From contig ML996694.1 of NCBI GenBank assembly GCA_010356995.1, positions 557,224 to 621,223 on the forward strand: 64,000 nucleotides of DNA, read 5' to 3'. Made by a program: the position numbers and the translations under genes. This DNA is from Trichodelitschia bisporula (Eukaryota). Numbering within the stretch: the stretch's first letter is position 1; every line of letters begins with the position of its first letter. The notes under the pieces were generated by a model. That model had not been told where the DNA came from. It searched no databases and worked only from the letters and a program-made list of their open reading frames with translations. Shown in pieces: positions 12,631 through 23,800 of this stretch.

Positions 12631-14319
12631 TCACCTACTTCGAGCGGAAAACTGCTTGCTCCCGCTTCCGTACTTCGCCTGCCAAGCAAAGAAGTACAAC
12701 AAGGCTGCCAGCGGTTGGCCAACGAGGCAGAAAGATATCCAAAAGATCAAGTTTCCAACCACCTTGGCCATATAACTTTTCCCTCTCCCTATGATATCCG
12801 TCAAGGCGATGAGAGGAATCTGTCCCATCATTCCCGCAAATGCCACCCCTGCGAAGGGTTAGAGACGAGATGACCGGGCAGGTCAGGTACCTACAAATCA
12901 GATTGTGCGTCGGCACACCAACCAAAAGCTCATGGAGAACACCAGAAAATATAAAGACAAGAATCTGCGCTATCGAAGGGGGGACCCCACGTCCGACTAG
13001 TGGCGAGTAGACGTGGCGCTTCATGAAATGGTAGACAGGCTTGTTCCAAGAAGTCCAGTAAGTCCGGATACTCCATACGTTCCACCAGTCCGAGTAAAAC
13101 TCGCGGTCAGCAAACCGCATGACTTCGGCCAAAGCGTTTAGCCATGACTGAAAGAAGGCGAAGAAGCCGGCGAGCCAACAAAAGAGCGAAATGGTGGATA
13201 GCTTCATGATACGCTCCGCAATGGAAACCAAGTCCAACGCCGCAATGTGGTCCATGGAGTTGTTCAACAGTGGAACCGCATATTGTGCCGACGCGATCCA
13301 AATCACGATGCCCAAGCCAGCCGCTTCGGCAAGGCGCTTGCCCACGAAGACCCATCTGATGTGAGAAGTGCGAGGGTAGACAGGCTGGTAGACCAAGGTT
13401 GGTGCCCACCAAAAGTAGCACAGGTTGTTCAGCGTGATGTTCTGGGGGTAAGGGCAGGATTTGTAGAGTTCTGGAACCTCTTCGTCTGCTCGAGGATATA
13501 CCAACGCATGGCGGAGGTCACGGTTAGTCAGGGCATAGGAGCACGTCTTAAGCCACACGATAATGGCGTGTAGTTCGCAGAGCGTCCCGATTCCAGGATG
13601 GTTGATGAAGTAGTAGACCATAGTGGAGGTGATGACGAGATTCATGGTAGCGTTGATGCCGTGGGCAAAAGCGATGAGGTACCATGCGTAGTGGAAGTTT
13701 TTGCGGTCGGTTTCTCCAGTAGCATCGGCCTTGGTTTCCGCTCTTTTGATTCGAGCAACGGCACCTTTTGCTTGCTGAGCAGCAACCAGCTCAATAATGT
13801 AGGCGACAAAAAGATGGCACGGGATGGAGAGATATAGGATGGAACCGAGCACAACATCTTGCCGGCGATAATCGTGACAACTGATACAAATCAAAACTCC
13901 ATACTGCACATGTTAGCGATGGTCCTCAATGACCCCACGTTCATACTTTGCGGAAGTTCTCAATCATCAGGCGTAGATTTGAAACCACTGAAGCGGTTAG
14001 CAAAGCAACATTCTGGCTATTAATCGGCGCAAATACCAAGCATCAGGACCATTAGGTTCCTGAACCCCACAAAGCTGGGGGTTTCTTTCGCATCTTGGCT
14101 GCTGAGACAAGAGGCTCGCGCCTGTGAATGGATGGCAAAAACGTGATTGTATCTAGATCTTCGCGATGGGCGCTTTCTAGAAGGCAGTTCTTGCCGCCGC
14201 TCATCCCCTTGCAGAGCCTCAATGGTGTGAATTGGGGCAGCGCTGCGATTTCTCATCCCCTCATCGGGGAGTTTGGTACTTGTAGCATAGAGAGTGCTCA
14301 TAAGCGACGTTGATGACAT
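12631..14319 (-). CDS. MBOAT-family diacylglycerol/sterol O-acyltransferase (DGAT1-like)
   Basis: SFVGFRNL, SNLRLMIEN (short exon ~13946-13986), FWWAPTLVYQ, FADREFYSDWWN, WNKPV, catalytic-His region HELLVGVP, GNLIFW. The exact 3' end is slightly uncertain. Confidence 0.92.
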
Positions 14320-15384
14320 GCTGAGCGAAGAAGATTTTCCACAAGTGCGAAACGAAGGAACAGCGGTGGAATGTGAGGGAGCCGAAGCTTGGGGTTAAGA
14401 ATGGAATGATAGCTCGTGTCGCCAGCAAGGCGAGGTCCACAGGCTGTTTTTGTTGGGTGCAGGCTCGCATGCAGAAAGCTGCCGCAAATATGCGCGATCC
14501 TGGCGCGACAAACCTACTACGGAGTAGATGTAATGTAATGACGGGGGGAGCTGTTGAGTGACGGGCCGGGGAGCTGCGGCAGCCAGGGTTGAGTGCTGAG
14601 AACTTATCGTCTGCCCCGATTTTGCTTGTGGCGAGCTGTGGCAAGATTCCCGAAGATGGGAAGTGGCCAATAGTTATACTTTTTGCTGCGGCGGAAGTTC
14701 TGGTTGAAGAATAGTCTTTCGATGCTGGAAACATTGGAGGGCTCGCGGGTTGGATCGGAGATGTCAGAGTACTAGAGGAAACGATGGGTCTCTCTGGTTC
14801 TTCTTACTGGGGGTGTAGCATATCCTACTATGCGGTCATCTAAATCGGGGGATGGAAGTACGATAAGGGACAAGGGAAGAGAGGAGAGCAATAGGGTGTG
14901 AGAGCAAGTACTCCGTACTGTACCGTACATCCGCAGAACAGGACCTCCCAAGACGCAATTCGCATGGGCGGCGATGCAATGCACGCCTCACGAGTCTCAA
15001 CGGCTCCCGTTCTGCAGGCCCGCAGCGGGCGGCGGCGTGGGCGGCGTGGGCGGGTTCCGGGTCATCAGCCACAACACCCCGCATTCACCAGCCATAAATA
15101 CACGTTTCTGCCTGAGGATTTAAGCCAGGGTGAATCAGGCAGCGAATAAAGTTACGTGCCAACACTTTTTGACCGCGTCGCCGAACCTCCAACCACCACA
15201 CACCCAGCAATCCACGAGTTGAGACCTCTCCTTCTGCCGCTCGAACTTCACATATCTTGTTTATCATCTTGATCCATCAAGTCACAGTGTCCAGTGTCGG
15301 TCGTTTCCGCATGCCCTAGTTTTAGCAGGTGTCTTCTTTGTATCTCTGCCGGCAGGTGCACCAGCCCGCAAGCTGAAGGCAAAG

Positions 15385-17588
15385 ATGGATCGCGAGTTCC
15401 AGTATCAGTATCAGTCCAACTACGATGCAGGCCGCCCACGACCCAGGAGTAAGTCTTAGCTGTGATCTGATCCTTTCTGCCCGTATCTTTATTTTTTTCT
15501 TGGCCTGTCTGTCACCACTTGGTACTAGAGCTGTTGTGTCCTGTTTCAAGTCCATCGCAATATGGATGCTATGTTTGTCGACCATCATGTGCTTAAAGTG
15601 TACTGTCACCCGTGCGATCAACCTCTATCATGATATCATCCGTCCGTCATAAATGCCGTAATCAACATTGTCAGCAAGCTATCATAGGGAACAAAGTTAA
15701 CAGTTTTTAGGACCACAAACGGATTACGGTTCTGCTGTGGTGCAGTTCGTCCGGCATCGCAAGCCGCTCTACAAGCACAGCTTCATGTTGGACATAGAAC
15801 GACCCAGTTCCAGCTACATCATTGATGTAAGGAATCTTGAAGCCAACTTCTCGCTGATCTGACTTTTCACAGATGCTACCTCCCATTGCTCGACCTGACA
15901 AAGCAGCCGACTCCATTCCCGCGAAGCATATCCACTCTTCCCTCAACAAGGCGAAGTATCCCATTAATGTCGTGCTATGGACTCCCGAGGGCCGCCGGTT
16001 GCTTACTGCCTCGTCCAGCGGCGAGTTCACCCTGTGGAATGGCATGGCATTCAATTTTGAGACCATCATGCAAGCCCACGATACCGCTATCCGCGCAGCC
16101 TGCTACTCGCATAGTGACGACTGGCTCATATCCGCCGACCAGGAAGGCGTTGTGAAGTACTGGCAGCCCAATTTCAACAACGTCAAAGTAATCAATGGAG
16201 CGCACAACGATGCCATTCGCGGGATTGCTTTTGCTCCCTCAGACGGCAAGTTTGTTACGGGTGGGGATGACTCCACTCTCAAGATTTGGGACTTTGCAGG
16301 CGGTGTAGAGGAGTCTACCTTGACTGGCCACCAGTGGGAGGTCCGCTGCCTAGACTGGCATCCGACCAAGGGCTTGATTGTGTCCGGGTCGAAAGACCAC
16401 TCAGTGAAGCTGTGGGATCCGCGTACCAGCCGCTGCCTGACGACCCTCAATACAAGCAAGAATCAGATATCAAAGACTGTGTTCGAGCGAACCCAAGGCA
16501 ACATGCTGGCTACTGGCGGTCGAGATCAAATAATTCGCATCTTCGATCTCCGCATGATGCGTGATGTCCTCATCCTCCGTGGCAATCAAAGCGAGGTCAC
16601 CTCTATCACCTGGCACCCCTACCACCGCAACCTGCTCTCTTGCGGCGACCACAAAGGTTCCATCCATCATTATCTTCTCGGCGAGCAAAATCAGCCCTCT
16701 GGACAACCTGCTACTCTTTCCCCTTACGATACCGCCGATCCTCAAAATGCTCCCGCCCAAACGATATTCCCTGCACACTCAGTCCCTTTCGCACACGACC
16801 CTACTGGCCCCATCTGGTCTCTATCTTGGCACCCTCTCGGTCACATATTCGTCTCCGGGTCCAACGATCGGATAACACGTTTTTGGACACGCGCTCGGCC
16901 CGGCGACACGGCCTGCTTCCATGATCGATACCATCTCGGACAAGCCGCAGCCGAAGCTCAGGGAACATATGACCGGCGCGACGGTCGCCGCCAGCTGCGG
17001 GACGAGGAAGAGCAGGAGGCTCAGGATGAGGCCGACAGCCTGGTGGACCAGAAAATGCCATCCAAGCGCGCCATCCCCGGACAAGCTCCCACGCTCCCAG
17101 GCCTCGTTCCCGGCATACCCGGCATATTCCCCGGCTCCGGGGAGGCGCCTCCGATACGCGCTCCCAGCACCAAAGTCCTCCCGCCGCCGATCCCGCCGCC
17201 AGGCTTCCCGGGAATGGACCCCGCTACATTCGATCCTGTCAAGTTCGCCGAGATGTACGGCGGACATATTCCGCCGCCGCCGCTACTTAATGGAATTCCC
17301 GTCCCGCCACCTGGGTTCGCTCTGCCACTTTTGCCTGGTGGACAGATACCGCCGCCTCCTCCGCTCGGCGGTGCATTGCCTGTTGGACTGGTCCCGCCAC
17401 CACCGCCAATGGTTGGAGGAGTGGGGGCGCCTGGTCTTCCTGGACTTGGAGCACCGCCGGGATTGGGAGCGCCGCCTCGTAACGATGATATGCAAGGCGG
17501 TGCTGTCGGGGGGAGGAGGCGGGCGCCATTGCCGAGCCAACAGGAGAGTTTGAGGCAGGAGATTATGAAGAAGGGTGTCAGGCGTTAG
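15385..17588 (+). CDS. PFS2: Polyadenylation factor subunit 2 (WDR33 orthologue), WD40 repeats plus Pro-rich tail
   Basis: Exons 15385-15448, 15711-15826 and 15873-17588. [69 protein letters not shown]. Confidence 0.95.
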
Positions 17589-17954
17589 ATATGGACCGGC
17601 TCGGCTTGCTGTTTGACGTTGGCACTGAGCTGTGTTTGAGTAGGAAGAGTCGGTTCTTATTCAGGAGGAAATAGGGTGTCCGGTGTTATGGTGTTGGGTC
17701 ATGGAAAGAGATCAGGTTCTGTTGCAGATATCAATAAATGCTGCGGTTCAGCCATAATCACGTCGACTGCGCCTCCACTGGGTGATCTGATGATTTCGAT
17801 AGGCCCAAACTACCATTGCTTTCAGGTTCATTTCATGCTCAAGTCAGAGTGACGGAGGCCTAATATATTGTACTTAGTCTCCTATAAATCCAGCTTCATT
17901 GACGGTACTGCATCTATCAAACTCAGCCGCGGATCACATGGCATTTGGCGTCTG

Positions 17955-17983
17955 ATCTACCGCTTATCTACCGCTTATCTACC
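17955..17983. repeat. Short tandem repeat (ATCTACCGCTT) x ~2.6 containing two CTTATC (GATAAG) motifs
   Basis: Read directly: atctaccgctt atctaccgctt atctacc. Confidence 0.75.
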
Positions 17984-18209
17984 GTACTGTGGTACCAGTA
18001 TTATTCCCCGACATAAGCGCGCGCAAGTGTGACGTCCCACCAGGCCAGCATGACGCAACTGCATCCATGCGCTCTCATTCGCCAACAACCGCGCTCATCG
18101 CTCTGGGCGTCAGCTGCAGAACCTCCACCCACCTCTCTTTATAAACACCGGGGGGGGGTGTCACGATGCTTCGTCTCCTGCTCCTTTTCCAACCCCAGAA
18201 TAATGTCAA

Positions 18210-18545
18210 AATGCTTCACAAGATCCGCCTGCTGAGCTCGACGGACGCCGCGCCTCGGCCGACGACTCGTCCGTGGCCCCTGCTTCGGATGCTGTGTCGT
18301 TCCGGGCCCGGCGCGTGTGAGGGTGATTGGTGCTTGCACTCTCGCCCGGGCTCGCTGGCCTCTTGGTACGTTGGAGAGAAAGTTAGTGCCCGGTTTTGGG
18401 CCCGGTATGGGTAGGAAACGGGCGGCAACTTCCTGAGTTGTGCTAGACGATGAGGTAACGTTGCCTTCCGGGAGCGGGCGAAGGCGAACCCCGTGTTTCT
18501 GGAAGATTCAATCGTGATACTGTTGTTCAAGTAGGCAACACAATT
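18210..18545 (+). ncRNA. Putative long box H/ACA-like structured ncRNA
   Basis: TATAAA at 18140-18145; multiple G-U-containing helices that favour the + strand; ANANNA (AGAGAA) at 18375-18380; ACAATT at 18540-18545; no credible protein ORF. Confidence 0.6.
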
Positions 18546-18638
18546 GTTCACTTTATAACGAGCTTCGTCCTTTGCTGATAGCTTCAATTCTTCGTATCAC
18601 AGCTTCACTCAGCATTCATCTCCCGTTAAATCACTACA

Positions 18639-19163
18639 ATGGCACCAATCGTTCTCGCGACTTCTCTGCCCGCCGAATACGGGTACGCAGACCATTCCTT
18701 TTCTTCTAGCACCCGCTAACTGACCAGCTTCGTCCTCCTTTCTGCAACCACCACCTTCATCGTCACACAATGGCACGCCATTCGCGTCGGATCCTTCCGC
18801 AAAGCCGCCGGCGTACCGTACCCCAACGCATATGCGTCCGCTGAGCAAATCGCCACCGCGACGCCGGAGAAGAAGCAGGCGCTGTACCTGTTCAACTGCG
18901 CGCAGCGCAGCCACGGCAATCTCCTCGAGAACCTGCACATCTTCCTTCCTGCCATGTTGCTTGCCGGCCTGAAGTACCCTCTTCCCGTGGCGATTGCGGG
19001 CGGCTTCTGGAATGTTTTCCGTGTTCTGTATGCTGTTGGCTACACAAGGAAGGATAAGACGAATGGGAGTGGGCGGATAGTTGGGGGGGCGCTGGCTTCC
19101 CTACTGCAGCTTGTGCTCATGGGCGTGGTGGGCAAGTTGGGATATGATGTTATTAAGGCCTAG
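18639..19163 (+). CDS. MAPEG-family microsomal glutathione S-transferase (MGST3-like)
   Basis: EYG|FVL across intron ~18683-18728; RKAAGVPYPNAYA, FNCAQRSHGNLLEN, RVLYAVGY. Confidence 0.93.
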
Positions 19164-19382
19164 GGGCTGGAATGGAATGTGCTTGGGAAAGGGTGTAGCT
19201 TTGCTGAACTTGTATAACTCAATGTGTATATCGTCAGTGTCATCAATTGCGTCTCCAAATTCATGCGCCGATCTCGGAACGAGGTAGTCTATCAGGCGTG
19301 CCGTATTTACACACTACAAACTACATGAGCGAAGCTCACCGCCGTACGCCCTCTAATCGTATCCAATGCTCACTCAACCCGC

Positions 19383-20227
19383 TTAAATCGCTCCAAGTTC
19401 CTTGAGCTTTCCAATAAACCCATCCACATCCTCCACCTTGCCCCCTCCCTTACGCGCCGGCGGCTCCTCAACCCGCACCGTCTTCAACCTCGCGCTAACA
19501 TCGATCCCCATCTCCTCCAACGTCTTCTTAACCAACGGCTTCTTCTTCGCCTTCATAATATTCGGCAAACTCGCATACCGCGGCTCATTGAGCCTCAAAT
19601 CCGCCGTCACAACCGCCGGCAAGTGTGTCCGCACCCTCTCCACGCCCCCATCTACCTCCCGCACCACCTCCACCACCCCATCCGCCGCAATCTCGACTTT
19701 AGCCGCCTGCGTCACCTGCCCCCATCCCAGCAGCCCCGCCAGCATCTGCCCCGTCTGCCCCGCATCCCCATCAATCGCCTGCTTGCCGAGGAGCACGAGA
19801 TTCGCACCCTCATCCCTCGCCACCTTAGCCAGCACCTTCGCCACGCCCAGCGGCTCCAGCGGGCTCGCCTCCTCGACCTGCACGTGCATCGCGCGGTCAG
19901 CGCCCATGGCCAGCGCCGTGCGGAGTACGTCGACTGCCTTGGCGGGGCCGGCGCTGAAGGCGAGGATGTCGGCGACCGGGGGGGCGGATTTGTCCTTGCT
20001 CGCGCGCTCGCGGAGGCGCACGGCTTCTTCGATGGAGAGCTCGTCGAAGGGGTTCATGCTGTGCTTAACGCCGGCGGTTTCGATGGCCGTGTTGGCCTTG
20101 TTGACGCGGGGCTTGATCTGTTTCCGTTAGCTAGGGGTGCGGGGAAGGGCGGGGGCGGGGCGGCGGAACGCACGGCATAGTCGATGACTCGCTTTATTGG
20201 GACGAGGATCTTGAGTTGCGTTGACAT
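19383..20227 (-). CDS. ETFB: Electron transfer flavoprotein beta subunit
   Basis: LKILVPIKRVIDYA|IKPRV (intron 20118-20173), SMNPFDELSIEEA, GKQAIDGD, ADLRLNEPRYASLPNIMKAKKK. Confidence 0.97.
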
Positions 20228-20896
20228 GGTGACGGACGGGAGGGTGGTACTATGGGTGGGACGACAATTGGGGTTGGAAGGTGGTGCGTTGTGCAAAATC
20301 AGAGCTGCTGCGGGGGGATGAGGCATGTGGCGCGCGAACTGCAGCTGTCGGCTCGGCAAGGCTTCGGATGTCGATCCCCGGCCGCCGCCCCGGGTGCGGG
20401 TTAGGATTGACCAAGGGGACAGCCGAAAATATTATGGCCGTTCCCACTCCATTACTTTTGTGTTCCACACATTACAGGCTCTGGGGCGGGGCAGCCACGA
20501 CTTTTTTTGGGGTGACCCTGGAACAGGGTCACGCAGTGCGAAGTCTGAGGCATTACCCGTCATCCGAGATACGTGCAGAATACTACGTATGCCTTGCGAT
20601 GAAGCCCGAATCACGGACACGATGGCCAGCAGGACACAAATCAGCCAACGCCGGAATTTCCACCCTAAGAGCTGTCTAGGTTCAATGTCGTCCCCGTTCC
20701 CGTCTAGCCCGTGTGATGACAGCAAACTCCATCCCCGCAGTAAAAACAGCAGCAATAGCAGTAACAGAGCTTTTGTGAGGATAAACAAACAACACAAAAA
20801 CTCCTCTCGTGCGGCCGATTCGACGCCAGGTAAAGCCCGTATCAATACAATAGCGTACGTTGAAAGTCATGCAAAGGCTCTTACTCGCTCCGTCCA

Positions 20897-23800
20897 TCAC
20901 GCGCCCCCATCGTCATCCGACGGGTCCGAGAACTCCGACCCCACATCTTCAAGTGACACGTCAGCCGTGTCCATCTTCTCCCATACGGAAACTGCGAACT
21001 CACTAGATTGCGCGAGTTCGTCTTCTTGGGGCTGAACCGTGCTCTCCAGTTCTGCTGTTAAGTCTAGGACAAGATGTCAGAGGTCATCTTCGGAGTCGTT
21101 GAGGGCCTCGTGCCACTCAGGACGAAACTCACAGGAAAACGAGGTTAGCTTGTTGAGATCCGATTCAAAGCACAGGTCCTTGAACTGATCATCGGCGTTG
21201 ATGGCCTGGAGATACAAATAACACCGAGTAGCGACCTTCAAGACCCAATAGAGCAAGCTCTTCGGCGTCTGCACCTCCAAGTGGTACTTGATCTGTGCGT
21301 GGCAGCGATCGAAGAGGCTACGCACCGCCCTCGAGCGCAGGAATTCGTATTCGCTGGTGGTGATGGGTCCATCGAAGACGTAGGTCTTGATGGTGCGGGC
21401 AATCTCCTTGGCAACGTTGTTATCCCGGTCTATTAACAGACGCGGGGCCCAGATGGGCATTCCTTCGAGGAAGCCGGTAGAGATGATACTCCCGTCCAGA
21501 TCCGGCGTCTCGGTGCGGCGCTTCTCGGCTTCAGGAAGAACACTGTAGAACTCGCAGGCAGCCTTGATAAAGTGCGGATCTCCAGCGCCAGTGACTCGAT
21601 TCATGCTGTCCATCAGGCTCCGGACCAGATCGTCGCGCGCGCAATGGGCGCAAAAGAACGCCAACACACGCGCAAATGGATCTGCGTACTGGGGAGTGTA
21701 GTTCTCGATGATTTCCCGGAATGTCCGAGCAATCAGTTCCAAGAACTTCGAATCCTTGCGAGTTCGGAGAACAAGGCGTAGAATCTCCCCGGGAACGGAC
21801 AACTGCTCGCCGTGGCAGTCCCACTTCTCGATCAATGCCACCAGCCACCAAAGGGTGTTGTCTTCGCTATTCCAAAGCCGCAAGTAGCCTTGCTCATCGG
21901 CGATGAGTGGCAGCAGCTTAGTTTGGCTGTCGTAGTGGTCCGCGCGTTCGAATTCGTCGCGTACGGTGCGGTCCATGTCGACATGTGGAAGTAATATGCA
22001 AAGCAGCCGCATCATCTGCTCGTAACTCGGCTGGGTGCGGCGCTCACTCCATCGAAGAATCTTGGCGTACTTGACTCGAAGTTGGTCCTCTCCGTTCGCG
22101 CAGAGAAGCTCGATGCACGTTTGCAAGATGCCGCTGTAGATCATTTGCGAGGCTTCGGCCTGACCTAACTGTGCGAAGTCGACAAGAAACCCGAAGTAGT
22201 CGTCCCAAGACCGTGAATTGAGATGCAGGTCTTCATCCGTGCTTGCCCACAACCTACTCATCAGATTTTGAAGGAGGCCACGGTCCTTCATGCCCTGAGT
22301 GTCGAGTTCTCCATCTGCTGTGTCGACGCCGTAGAGTTCTGGGTAGCTGCGAAGACACCTTAGAGCATGAAGCAACAGTGAACGAATGCAGTTTCGGACT
22401 TTGCCGGTGGTACAGCGAATCAGGAAGTCCCGCATTTCATTCCCGTGCTTTTCATAGTAGTTGAGTGCCGCAGCGGTGCAACGCCGACAGTTGGGGAAAA
22501 GCTTTGCGAACTCTTCCACATAAGAATCCAACTCCGGGGTGTCCTTGATTCGTGCGACGACAAGCCACATGGAGTGGCAGGCAACCTCGACGAATTCGCT
22601 TTGCAGGTGATGTTCGTTCTCATCATGATCCAAGCTCGTGATTTTCTTCAAAGTTTCGAGAATATAGCGGTGATGGGTGTCATTGAACAGGCAGTAATCC
22701 CGCAAAAGGTCGGCGTTTTCTCTGCTAATCTCTGTCTTGAACTCAGCTGGAATCGGAGCTGTCGGTGGAGAGCTTGGAGAAACAACCATGCCATCAGGCT
22801 TCAAGTCAAGGGACGACCGGCGTTGGTAGAACAGCATGTACGCATTGAACATCTTGGCCGTTGACTGGAAGTGCATTGTATCTTTCCCAGCGGCGAACCC
22901 GCCGTAGCAGGAGTCGGGGATATGCGTGGGATCGAATGTCGTGACATCTGCGTCGTCGAACAAAAGCCAAGTTGGCTCATTGTCCGCATTTGGGCGCACA
23001 CGGATGTATGATACGTAGTGCCCATGATCAGCAGCGCCCTTGTGGACAACAACACCCACGAGATCAAAGACGTCCGCGGCTGTGGGAGTACTAGGATCCG
23101 TAATGTGATCGACGGTGTAAGGGCTGATGTCGATTGTCATAGGGAATTCGAAAAGGTCGTTGATTTTGCTCCGGCGCATGAGACCAAGGTCGAATTCAAA
23201 ACGCTTGAGGTGGAAGATGAGATGGTCGGGAACTTGCTTCAAGCAGGTGCTGCACCAAGTCAATGGGGTGGACATCGACGGTTGCAGTTTACTTACCGCT
23301 TCACAGCATCGACCAGCTTTCCGCAAGGCTCGCACTTGTACTTGTTGTCTGCAACCGTTAGCATGAAGAAATTGAGAACTAAAGCGATAACATGCCGCCT
23401 TCCATGACGTCACCGTCCACAAATGCCTGCAAACTGTCCTGCAGCGTTGACTTGCCCTGGACATCGCACTGGATAGCGAGACAGGCATCTTCGCGCTCGG
23501 AGACGTGGTCGCATTCCTTCGACTTAATCTGCTGAATCGTCTTGCCACCGTAGAAGGAGCGGAATTTCTTTTTCGCAACTTCGGAAGGCATCTGTTCTTC
23601 CCATCGAATGAACAGGATGTTCAAGAACTCATCCACGTCCATCTGCTCAGCCACATTTATGACCTCATTACCCAGGTTTGTGATATGCCGCGTGAACTCG
23701 GCTGTGTCTGACGACCTCTCGTAGGCATCCTGCATGTGGGCAAACAGTCGCCGAGTTTCCGTCAGCAGCTTGGAGTTCCGCTGCCCCACAGCAGGCTCGC

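Noticed and set aside
18210..18545. Identification as RNase P/MRP, SRP, U1/U2/U3, snR30 or telomerase RNA
   Set aside because: Hallmark motifs were not found (MRP GAAAGUCCCC, U1 AUACUUACC, snR30 m2 AAACCAU, telomere template), so it is left as generic H/ACA-like.
19402..20130. Long antisense or alternative-frame ORFs over ETF-beta and other genes
   Set aside because: Expected shadows of GC-rich codon usage in the real genes.
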